A stretch of 53,313 bases of DNA. Origin: Bacteroidota bacterium (GTDB lineage Bacteria; Bacteroidota; Bacteroidia; AKYH767-A; OLB10). Shown one piece after another: positions 9,928 to 18,071 of the stretch. Both the position numbers and the translations under genes were made by a program. The notes under the pieces were generated by a model. It saw only the letters and a program-made list of their open reading frames with translations. It was not told where the DNA came from and searched no databases. Where the stretch lies: contig JBJOND010000006.1 in the NCBI GenBank assembly GCA_046052065.1, positions 1 to 53,313 of the forward strand. The letters are read 5' to 3'. The stretch's first letter is position 1. Every line of letters starts with the position of its first letter.

Positions 9928-10670
9928 TGAATAGTCGGCATTTTGAATTTAAGGAGCACGATGCCGAAGGTCTAGAAACGCTTCAGGCAATTAAAGAAGC
10001 TGATGCGTTTAATTATTGGATGTATAATCAGATAGCTTCGTTTATTGAGTCGCCTGTTCTGGAAATCGGTAGTGGCATCGGGAATATTTCAAAATGCTGT
10101 TTAGCAGATGGTCATTTGTTAACGATGACGGATATCAGATTGGAGTACCTAGAATTTTTAAAAGAAAATTTTTCAGACCAAAGGCAGGATATAATACAAC
10201 TTGATCTCGTAGATGAGAATTTTGAAGAAAAGTACAAGCGTTATTTCGGAAAATTCAAGACTGTTTTTGCATTAAACGTTATCGAGCATATCGAGAATGA
10301 TTGTCTGGCAATACAAAATGCGACCAAGTTATTAGGTGTAGATGGGAAACTGATAATATTGGTCCCTGCCCATGCCATGCTTTATAATAAAATAGACCGT
10401 AACCTATTCCATTTTAAAAGATATGGATTCAGTGATTTAAAAAAGCTGATGAAAACCCCTCCCTTGAAGTTTGAGTCAATTAAGGGATTTAATGGTTTAG
10501 GCATTGCAGCCTGGGTTTATGGCGGATTATTTTCTAAGAAAGGCGTTATTGCTGGTGGGGATATGAAATTGTATAATCGCTTGGTTCCAATTGCAAAGTG
10601 GATAGACAAGATTACTTTTTTTAAGTTAGGATTATCTTTAATAGCTGTTTCCCGAAAGTTGGATAAGTAG
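9927..10670 (+). CDS. Class I SAM-dependent methyltransferase
   Basis: VLEIGSGIG, NVIEHIE and VPAH motifs. Translationally coupled to the GT2 (TAATG overlap). Confidence 0.85.
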   Translation: MNSRHFEFKEHDAEGLETLQAIKEADAFNYWMYNQIASFIESPVLEIGSGIGNISKCCLADGHLLTMTDIRLEYLEFLKENFSDQRQDIIQLDLVDENFEEKYKRYFGKFKTVFALNVIEHIENDCLAIQNATKLLGVDGKLIILVPAHAMLYNKIDRNLFHFKRYGFSDLKKLMKTPPLKFESIKGFNGLGIAAWVYGGLFSKKGVIAGGDMKLYNRLVPIAKWIDKITFFKLGLSLIAVSRKLDK

Positions 10671-10903
10671 TTAATTAGTACACTAAATCTGATTTTGTGA
10701 GGTGCTTATTTGAGTGTTTTAATGGATGGATTTTTGAATCTGTTTTATCTCTTAAAAACACTAAAAAAGTGAATAACTCTAGTTGCACGTTTTTCCGCAT
10801 ATGGGACAATTCCCGTTTTGAGAAACAGCCTTTGATGGTTTACGGAAGTATTTAAAATGCTACTTTTCAATACATTAAAATATGAAAAAAAATGTTGATA
10901 TGT

Positions 10904-10934
10904 TTTGTTATTGTCAGAAATGTTTCTAATTTTG
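10904..10934 (+). promoter_or_regulatory. Bacteroidota primary-sigma promoter of rplM
   Basis: TTTG (10904-10907), 19-nt spacer, TAATTTTG (10927-10934). Confidence 0.8.
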
Positions 10935-10971
10935 CAACCCCTTAGAAAATCACATAATAAAAATTAACATC

Positions 10972-11421
10972 GTGAATACGTTAAGTTATAAAACGATTTC
11001 GGCAAATGCCAAGACAGCTACTAAAGAGTGGGTTGTGCTTGATGCGAAAGACCAAGTTTTAGGTCGTTTTGCTTCTCAGGTAGCAATGATTCTTCGTGGA
11101 AAGCATAGACCGAATTACACACCACATGTAGACTGTGGAGACAATGTCATCATCATTAACGCTGATAAGATTCGTCTTACTGGTCGCAAGTGGACTATGA
11201 AGGAGTATGTTCGTCACACTGGATATCCAGGTGGTCAACGTAAAGTTACTCCTGCTAAATTAATTGCTGTAAAACCAACAATGGTTCTTGAAAAAGCGAT
11301 TTATGGAATGATTCCAAAAAATCGTTTAGGAGAGGCTATTAAGAGTAATCTTTACCTATATGCAGGTACAGATCATCCACATGCAGCTCAGCAACCTAAA
11401 GCAGTAACACTAAAGTATTGA
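10972..11421 (+). CDS. rplM: 50S ribosomal protein L13
   Basis: LGRFASQVA, RGKHRPNYTPHVDCGD and HTGYPGG; GTG start. Confidence 0.98.
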   Translation: MNTLSYKTISANAKTATKEWVVLDAKDQVLGRFASQVAMILRGKHRPNYTPHVDCGDNVIIINADKIRLTGRKWTMKEYVRHTGYPGGQRKVTPAKLIAVKPTMVLEKAIYGMIPKNRLGEAIKSNLYLYAGTDHPHAAQQPKAVTLKY

Positions 11422-11432
11422 TATAAATCTAC

Positions 11433-11819
11433 ATGGAAATCACTCATACAATTGGTCGCCGTAAAACAGCAGTAGCCCGCGTTTATGTAAAGCCGGGTAA
11501 CGGAACCATCTCGGTTAACAGCCGTGATTACAAGGAATATTTCCCAACAATGCCATTACAAAACCTGGTTCAACAACCGTTTGATGTATCAAACACGAAA
11601 GACCAGTACGATGTTATGATCAACGTTGGAGGAGGAGGATACAATGGTCAGGCGGAAGCTATCCGTATGGCTATTGCTCGTGCATTGTGTAAAATCAATG
11701 CTGAACATCGTCCTGCATTAAAATCTAACGGATTACTTACTCGTGACCCTCGTATGGTTGAGCGTAAGAAATACGGTCAACGCAAAGCACGTCGTCGCTT
11801 CCAATTCTCTAAACGTTAA
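11433..11819 (+). CDS. rpsI: 30S ribosomal protein S9
   Basis: GRRKTAVARV and RDPRMVERKKYGQRKARRRFQFSKR. Confidence 0.98.
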   Translation: MEITHTIGRRKTAVARVYVKPGNGTISVNSRDYKEYFPTMPLQNLVQQPFDVSNTKDQYDVMINVGGGGYNGQAEAIRMAIARALCKINAEHRPALKSNGLLTRDPRMVERKKYGQRKARRRFQFSKR

Positions 11820-11850
11820 TATTCCTCAACCCTCAGCATACAATAGCGTA

Positions 11851-12687
11851 ATGATAAACGTAACGCAAGAAGAACTTCTAAATGCCGGTGTTCACTTTGG
11901 ACACTTGAAGCGTAAATGGAATCCAAAAATGGGCGCATACATCTTTATGGAGCGCAATGGTATCCACATTATCGATTTGAATAAAACGCATGCAAAGCTT
12001 GAAGAAGCAGCAGCAGCAGTTAAGCAAATCGCAAAGTCAGGCAAGAAAATCTTGTTTGTCGCAACAAAAAAACAAGCAAAAGAGATAGTTGCTAATGCAT
12101 CTAAATCCGTAAATATGCCTTATATCACTGAGCGTTGGCCAGGTGGTATGTTAACGAACTTCGCTACACAGCGTAAGTCGGTTAAAAAAATGGCTAATTT
12201 GGATAAAATGATGAGTGATGGAACGTTGTCGGTTGTTTCTAAAAAGGAGCGCCTTCAAATTTCTCGTCAGAAATCAAAAATGGAAAAATTGATTGGTTCA
12301 ATCGCAGATTTGAACCGTCTTCCAGCAGCATTATTCATTGTTGATACTGTTAAAGAACATATCGCAGTTGATGAAGCAATCAAGTTAGGAATTCCAACTA
12401 TCGCAATTTGTGATACTAATAGCGATCCTTCATTAATCGACTTCCCAATCCCAGCAAATGATGATGCATCAAAGTCAATTGAACTAATCTTGAATTGCAT
12501 GGTTCGTTCAATCGAAGAAGGATTGTCAGAGCGTAAAGTGGATAAAGAACAAGAGCGTGAACGCGATGCTGCTAATGAAGAAGAAGCAGGAGACCGTGCT
12601 GTTACTTCAGAAGAAGAATCGTCGGAAGGTGGAGATAAGAAAAAAGGTTCTGGATTACGTTCCCGCAAAGGCGCACCAAGAAAGTAA
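11851..12687 (+). CDS. rpsB: 30S ribosomal protein S2
   Basis: AGVHFGH, WNPKM, RWPGGMLTN, DTNSDP and PANDDA. Start set at ATG 11851. Confidence 0.97.
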   Translation: MINVTQEELLNAGVHFGHLKRKWNPKMGAYIFMERNGIHIIDLNKTHAKLEEAAAAVKQIAKSGKKILFVATKKQAKEIVANASKSVNMPYITERWPGGMLTNFATQRKSVKKMANLDKMMSDGTLSVVSKKERLQISRQKSKMEKLIGSIADLNRLPAALFIVDTVKEHIAVDEAIKLGIPTIAICDTNSDPSLIDFPIPANDDASKSIELILNCMVRSIEEGLSERKVDKEQERERDAANEEEAGDRAVTSEEESSEGGDKKKGSGLRSRKGAPRK

Positions 12688-12710
12688 TTAGTACTAAATA
12701 TAATTTAACG

Positions 12711-12740
12711 GCGGGGTGATTATATCATCCCGCTATTTAT
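12711..12740 (+). terminator. Stem-loop between rpsB and tsf (weak terminator or stability element)
   Basis: gcggggtgat-tat-atcatcccgc followed by tatttat. Confidence 0.5.
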
Positions 12741-12769
12741 AAATAACAAAATCTAAAAAAAATAAAATT

Positions 12770-13603
12770 ATGTCAACTGCAACAATCACCGCTGCTGATG
12801 TTAATAAACTACGTCAAATTACTGGCGCAGGTATGATGGACTGTAAGAAAGCTTTAGCTGAGGCTGAAGGCGATTTCGAAAAAGCGATCGACTACCTTCG
12901 TAAGAAAGGTCAAAAAGTAGCTGCTAACCGCGCTGATCGTGAAGCGAAAGAAGGTTATATAATTGCTCAAACGAACGCTGAAGGAACAAGAGGTTACCTA
13001 GTAGCTATTTCTTGTGAAACAGACTTCGTAGCGAAAAATCAAGATTTCGTAAACTTTGCTCAAGGTATTTTAGATGTAGCTATGGCTAATAATCCTGCAG
13101 ATGCTGAAGCATTAAAAGCTTTACCTTTTGATGGAGCAACTGTAAACGATAAAGTTTTTGATATGGTAGGTAAGATCGGAGAGAAAATCGAATTATCTCG
13201 TTATGAAATGATCGAGGCTCCGAAAGTAATTGCTTACAATCACCCAGGAAACCGTTTAGCTTCTATGGTAGGATTATCAAGTGCAACAGCACCTGAGTCT
13301 GCTGGAAAAGACGTTGCTATGCAAATCGCTGCAATGAGTCCTGTAGCTATTGATAAAGGTGATGTTGATTCAGCAACTATCGAAAGAGAGTTAGAAATTG
13401 CTAAAGAACAAATTCGTGCAGAAGGTAAACCAGAAGAAATGGTTGAAAAAATTGCTGCAGGTAAATTAAACAAGTTCTATCAAGAAAGTACATTGTTAAA
13501 TCAGTCTTTCATTAAAGAAGATAAGAAATCAGTTGGTCAGTATTTAGACAGCGTTGAAAAAGGTCTTACTGTATCTGTTTTCAAAAGAGTACAAATTGGA
13601 TAA
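12770..13603 (+). CDS. tsf: Elongation factor Ts
   Basis: LRQITGAGMMDCKKAL, CETDFVA and GKPEEMVEKI. Confidence 0.98.
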   Translation: MSTATITAADVNKLRQITGAGMMDCKKALAEAEGDFEKAIDYLRKKGQKVAANRADREAKEGYIIAQTNAEGTRGYLVAISCETDFVAKNQDFVNFAQGILDVAMANNPADAEALKALPFDGATVNDKVFDMVGKIGEKIELSRYEMIEAPKVIAYNHPGNRLASMVGLSSATAPESAGKDVAMQIAAMSPVAIDKGDVDSATIERELEIAKEQIRAEGKPEEMVEKIAAGKLNKFYQESTLLNQSFIKEDKKSVGQYLDSVEKGLTVSVFKRVQIG

Positions 13604-13624
13604 TTCCATATTGTTTTAAGTTTT

Positions 13625-13656
13625 AAAGTCCCGAGGTAAACTCGGGATTTTTTTTT
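13625..13656 (+). terminator. Intrinsic terminator after tsf
   Basis: gtcccgag-gtaaa-ctcgggat followed by a T run. Confidence 0.85.
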
Positions 13657-13834
13657 GATTAATTTTTGGTCAATTATTTATTGTCGCTTAATAATTCATC
13701 AATTCATATTCTGCTGTTTATAATTTAAAGCTTTACTACTTTATTCTCTGAAGATTTTGATATTACTTTACTAGCAACTACAAATAATTATATGCAGTTT
13801 AACTAATACTGTAACAACTACAATACAATTTTAA

Positions 13835-15682
13835 ATGTCGAAGTCTAAAATCAAAAATGAAAAAACAATAGCAAGTTCAAGCCTTTTGTTTAAAATCGTT
13901 TTCGCCATTGTAATTATTATCGTTTATGGACAAACTCTACGATTTGGATTTGTGCTCGATGATGATTTATACATTGTGAAAAATCCATCTGTTCAAAATG
14001 GTATCTCCTATATCCCGCAAACGTTTTTTCATGGAATAAGTGAACATTTTAAAGGTTCAAATTTTATGGGCTATCGCCCAGCAACCATGAGTTTGTTTAT
14101 TATTGAGTATTCTGTTTTTGGAATGAACCCAGCAGGGTTTCATTTGGTTAATTTGTTATTATATTTTCTAATTGCTGTTCAATTATTTTATTTTCTTCAA
14201 AAGCTTTTATTAAGTTATAATTCCTATTACCCATTTATCATTGTTCTATTGTTTTTATTACATCCTATCCATACTGAAGTAGTCGCAAATATTAAAAGTC
14301 AGGATGAACTTTTGTCGGGGTTATTTATTTTACTTGCCCTTAATTACTTTATTCGATGGGCTAATGCAAATGATAAAAAGCTACTTGCAATTTCATGTAT
14401 ACTATTCTTGGCAGCTTTGTTTAGTAAAGAAAGTTCAATTGCTTATATCCTGATTTTCCCTGCAATGCTGTACTTATTATTTAATAACACAATAGCCAAT
14501 AGTTTTAAAAAAGCTTTGCCTCTTTTTTTAATGAGTGGCTTGTTCTTAGGATTACGTTTTATAGCACTTCAGTATGTAGTTCAAGGGTATGAAACTTCTG
14601 CCAGAGAAAACATACTTTATGCCGCTTCATCTTTCAACGAATTATGGGCTACTAAATTTGAAATATTGTATCATTATTTTACTAAAACATTAATACCTAC
14701 AAATCTTTCATGGGATTATTCTTTTAATCAGATTCCTGTTGTAACATTTAGTTCGTATAGGCCTATCGTTAGTGTTTTACTTTGTATATTTTGTGCTTTT
14801 GTTTTCATAAAAAATTTAAAACGTAACCAGGAAATAGCCTTTGGTGTATTTTGGTTTTTTGTTCTGTTAGCACCAACTTGTAATATGTTTATCATGAACG
14901 GAACTACGTTTGGCGAACGATTCTTATTTATGCCAATTGTTGGAGCTGTTTTCATTGCAGTAGTTTTAGGAAAGATTTTTTTACGTCTGGATAGTTCGCA
15001 ATCGCCTTTTAAGGCAAGTAGGAATTTTACCATTGGATTTGTAATAGTTGGAAGTATATTTCTATTGCAGAGTGTAAGTCGGGCATCAGATTGGAAAGAT
15101 AACTTAACACTATTTCAATCTGGAGTTATTAGTTCTCCGAATAGCGCAAGAACAAATGTTGCATTGGCTACAGAGTATATGAATAAAGCAGAAAAGGAAA
15201 TGGTTCCACAAACGCGAAATAGTTTAGTTGATAGCGCTCTTGTATATTTTTATAAAACCGTACAAATTGATACGGCTTTTTCTGATGCTTGGTATAAGCT
15301 GGGATTAATTCATGCAATCAAATCAGATAATAATAAAGCAGTTGAATATTATCGAACTGCAATTCGATATAATTCGAAAAATGTTTTTGCGCTTAATAAT
15401 CTGGGAGCTTTGTATGTTTCTTTACAGCAACCTGATTCAGCTTATTCTTGTTTTGTGCAATCGTATAAGGCAGAAAAGGTGAACGACATGACATTGACCA
15501 ACCTTACAATTGTTTGTACGATATTAAATAAATCCGATGAAGTAATTTTTTATGGTAAGGAAGCCATCAATAATCAATTGGCGAATCAGAAGATTTATTT
15601 GAACATGGCAACTGCCTATCAGAAATTAAACAAAATACAAGAGGCCAATAAATATCAATCATTAGCAAGTACCACCCAATAG
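13835..15682 (+). CDS. TMTC-like GT-C glycosyltransferase with C-terminal TPR repeats
   Basis: FVLDD, YRP, HPIHTEVV, SKE and ERFL motifs, W.DN.TLF, then TPRs (AWYKLG, ALNNLG). Confidence 0.8.
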   Translation: MSKSKIKNEKTIASSSLLFKIVFAIVIIIVYGQTLRFGFVLDDDLYIVKNPSVQNGISYIPQTFFHGISEHFKGSNFMGYRPATMSLFIIEYSVFGMNPAGFHLVNLLLYFLIAVQLFYFLQKLLLSYNSYYPFIIVLLFLLHPIHTEVVANIKSQDELLSGLFILLALNYFIRWANANDKKLLAISCILFLAALFSKESSIAYILIFPAMLYLLFNNTIANSFKKALPLFLMSGLFLGLRFIALQYVVQGYETSARENILYAASSFNELWATKFEILYHYFTKTLIPTNLSWDYSFNQIPVVTFSSYRPIVSVLLCIFCAFVFIKNLKRNQEIAFGVFWFFVLLAPTCNMFIMNGTTFGERFLFMPIVGAVFIAVVLGKIFLRLDSSQSPFKASRNFTIGFVIVGSIFLLQSVSRASDWKDNLTLFQSGVISSPNSARTNVALATEYMNKAEKEMVPQTRNSLVDSALVYFYKTVQIDTAFSDAWYKLGLIHAIKSDNNKAVEYYRTAIRYNSKNVFALNNLGALYVSLQQPDSAYSCFVQSYKAEKVNDMTLTNLTIVCTILNKSDEVIFYGKEAINNQLANQKIYLNMATAYQKLNKIQEANKYQSLASTTQ

Positions 15683-15829
15683 CTTGTCTTAGTATTTGAA
15701 TCAAGAAAATGATTTAAAGAATGGTATAATGCAAGAATAAGCCTTATCCGAAGAAGAGAAGTAGTTAATGAAATAATTAAAGCCATGCTTCCTGCGTAAA
15801 TAAGATTAAATTGATAATTTTGTGCAACC

Positions 15830-16537
15830 ATGAAATACAAACGAATACTTCTTAAACTTAGCGGTGAAGCCTTAATGGGCGACAAACAATTTGGAATCGA
15901 CAATAACCGCTTGTCGCAATATGCCAGTGATATTAAATCGATTGTTGATTTAGGTGTTGAAGTGGCTATTGTAATTGGTGGAGGAAATATTTTCAGAGGA
16001 TTACAAGCGGCGGAAGGCGGAATGGATCGTGTACAGGGAGATTATATGGGAATGCTTGCTACAGTTATTAATTCAATGGCTTTGCAAAGTGCATTAGAAA
16101 CACATGGTGTAATGACACGATTGCAATCAGCGATAAAGATGGAGGCTATTTGTGAGCCTTTTATCAGAAGAAGAGCAGTACGACATTTGGAGAAAGGGCG
16201 TGTTGTTATTTTTGGTGCAGGCACAGGTAATCCGTATTTTACTACTGATACAGCTGCATCTCTACGTGCAATTGAAATTGAAGCTGATGTAATTTTAAAA
16301 GGAACACGTGTGGATGGTATTTATACAGCCGATCCAGAGAAAGATAAAACAGCAACGCGATATAGTAAAGTTACCTTCACTGAAGTATATGAAAAGAATC
16401 TTCAGGTAATGGATATGACAGCATTTACGCTTTGCCAGGAAAATAAATTACCGATTATTGTATTTGATATGAATAAGCCTGGTAATTTAAAATCGTTGGT
16501 AGAAGGAGTAGAAGTTGGAACATTAGTAGAAATTTAA
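15830..16537 (+). CDS. pyrH: UMP kinase
   Basis: [20 protein letters not shown] and [11 protein letters not shown]. Confidence 0.98.
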   Translation: MKYKRILLKLSGEALMGDKQFGIDNNRLSQYASDIKSIVDLGVEVAIVIGGGNIFRGLQAAEGGMDRVQGDYMGMLATVINSMALQSALETHGVMTRLQSAIKMEAICEPFIRRRAVRHLEKGRVVIFGAGTGNPYFTTDTAASLRAIEIEADVILKGTRVDGIYTADPEKDKTATRYSKVTFTEVYEKNLQVMDMTAFTLCQENKLPIIVFDMNKPGNLKSLVEGVEVGTLVEI

Positions 16538-16553
16538 TTAACCATCAAATACT

Positions 16554-17114
16554 ATGGAAGAAGTAAAAAATATTTTAGATCAATTACAAGATCAGATGAA
16601 CAAAGCAATTGCTCATTTAGAATCTGAATTACAAAAAGTAAGAGCTGGTAAAGCAAGTCCTTCTATGTTGGAAGGGTTATACGTAGATTACTACGGTACA
16701 CCAACGCCAATGAATCAGGTTGCAAGTGTAAATACACCAGATGCAAGAACGCTCATTGTTCAGCCTTGGGAAAAAACAATGATTAAGCCTATTGAAAAAT
16801 CAATTATTGATGCTAACCTTGGCTTTGCTCCGCAAAACGATGGCTCTATGATTCGAATAAATATTCCTCCACAAACTGAAGAGCGTCGTAAAGAACTTGT
16901 AAAAAAGGCAAAGGCGGAAGGAGAGCATGCAAAAGTGGGTATTCGTACATTTAGAAAAGATGCTAACGATAATGTAAAGAAGGCACAGAAAAACGGTTTG
17001 CCTGAAGACATGGCAAAGGATGCTGAAGACAAAATTCAAAAGCTAGTAGATTCGTTTGTTGTAAAAATAGACAAGCACTTAGAGGCAAAAGAAAAAGAAA
17101 TCATGACTGTTTAA
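16554..17114 (+). CDS. frr: Ribosome recycling factor
   Basis: RAGKASP, VDYYG, PPQTEERRKEL and KEKEIMTV. Confidence 0.98.
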   Translation: MEEVKNILDQLQDQMNKAIAHLESELQKVRAGKASPSMLEGLYVDYYGTPTPMNQVASVNTPDARTLIVQPWEKTMIKPIEKSIIDANLGFAPQNDGSMIRINIPPQTEERRKELVKKAKAEGEHAKVGIRTFRKDANDNVKKAQKNGLPEDMAKDAEDKIQKLVDSFVVKIDKHLEAKEKEIMTV

Positions 17115-17140
17115 AAGTCAATTTAAGAGTAAATTTTGAT

Positions 17141-17167
17141 AAGGGTCCTAATGGACCCTTTTTTTTT
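17141..17167 (+). terminator. Intrinsic terminator after frr
   Basis: aagggtcc-taat-ggaccctt followed by a T run. Confidence 0.85.
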
Positions 17168-17174
17168 AAATATA

Positions 17175-17205
17175 TGTAACCTTTTAATTTTTATTTCGCT
17201 ATAAA
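17175..17205 (+). promoter_or_regulatory. Putative ECF-sigma promoter, copy 1
   Basis: TGTAAC-16 nt-CGCTATAAA; the same motif recurs at 18022-18051. Confidence 0.55.
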
Positions 17206-17231
17206 GAACCAAATCCTTAAAAAGATTAATT

Positions 17232-17954
17232 ATGAAAAAGGTATTTACCGGAGTTATAGCAGGTACTATATTGTTAGTTAATGGAGCATTTGCACAATCA
17301 GTTTCAAATGATAATACTATTGCTTTAGTAGAATCTGGAGATGATATTTCTTTTAGTTCAACAGTCATAAGTGGAGATGAGCCTGAAGCAGGTTCGTTTA
17401 TGGTTATTGAATTATTATCACTTACAGCAGCTGAAAGAGATGAATATAATTTAATCGATTGGACAACCTTGTCAGAAAAAAATAACGATTACTTTACTTT
17501 AGAAAGGTCTTCTAATGGTGTTGATTTCCGTCCGATAACAGCAATGAAAGGAACTGGATCAAATAACATTCAACGCACCTATTTTTATAAGGATATGAAT
17601 CCTATGCTTGGCGTTAGTTATTATCGTTTGACAAGAACGGATTTTGATGGCACATTCAAACGTAGTAAAGTAATCGCATTGCGTCGTCATTTCTCTAGTT
17701 ATTTTCAAATTGAACCTTTAGAAGATGCAAGGGATGCAATTTATAATGTAAACATTATCACTGAAAACTTTGGTGTGTATGATTTAAACATTCTTGATAT
17801 GACAGGTAGAGAAGTGTACTCAGAAAAAATTAATGTGAATGAGAATGAAATCAATCATGAAATTGATCTGGCAAAATTAAATACTGGAGATTACGATTGT
17901 TATATTCAAGATATAGCGAATCATCAAAAAATTAAAATAAGGATTACAAAGTAG
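17232..17954 (+). CDS. Small secreted protein: Ig/FN3-like stalk plus a degenerate T9SS type A C-terminal domain
   Basis: Signal peptide (AFA|Q), ELLSLTA..WTT.SEKNNDYFTLERS, YYRL...DFDG, DMTGREV and terminal KIRITK. Confidence 0.75.
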   Translation: MKKVFTGVIAGTILLVNGAFAQSVSNDNTIALVESGDDISFSSTVISGDEPEAGSFMVIELLSLTAAERDEYNLIDWTTLSEKNNDYFTLERSSNGVDFRPITAMKGTGSNNIQRTYFYKDMNPMLGVSYYRLTRTDFDGTFKRSKVIALRRHFSSYFQIEPLEDARDAIYNVNIITENFGVYDLNILDMTGREVYSEKINVNENEINHEIDLAKLNTGDYDCYIQDIANHQKIKIRITK

Positions 17955-17980
17955 ACATATTAAATTTGGATTATTGGATT

Positions 17981-18012
17981 GAGCGCCCTAAAAAAGCGCT
18001 CTTCTTTTTTTT
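17981..18012 (+). terminator. Intrinsic terminator
   Basis: gagcgc...gcgctc followed by ttcttttttt. Confidence 0.65.
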
Positions 18013-18021
18013 GTAAGAAAT

Positions 18022-18051
18022 TGTAACAAATTTTTAAGAATACGCTATAAA
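18022..18051 (+). promoter_or_regulatory. Putative ECF-sigma promoter, copy 2
   Basis: TGTAAC-15 nt-CGCTATAAA. Confidence 0.55.
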
Positions 18052-18071
18052 CCTCTACAATAACAATTACT

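Noticed and set aside
10671-10900. Possible ncRNA upstream of rplM
   Set aside because: Only short scattered stems, lying upstream of the predicted promoter, with no recognisable family.
11743-11850. Extended N-termini in the ORF track (rpsB, and likewise scoA, 4254-, 27080, 27783, 36711, 46673)
   Set aside because: The extensions overlap neighbours or promoters. Downstream ATGs give family-typical starts or signal peptides.
12267-13473. Antisense ORFs within rpsB and tsf, and similar shadow ORFs elsewhere (e.g. 2310-2573, 18659-19168, 35974-36420)
   Set aside because: They are reverse-frame shadows of well-supported genes, expected from codon bias.
13655-13673. Possible duplication of the pyrH promoter flanking the TMTC-like gene
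   Set aside because: The similarity to 15811-15827 is short, gapped and AT-rich, so it cannot be distinguished from chance.
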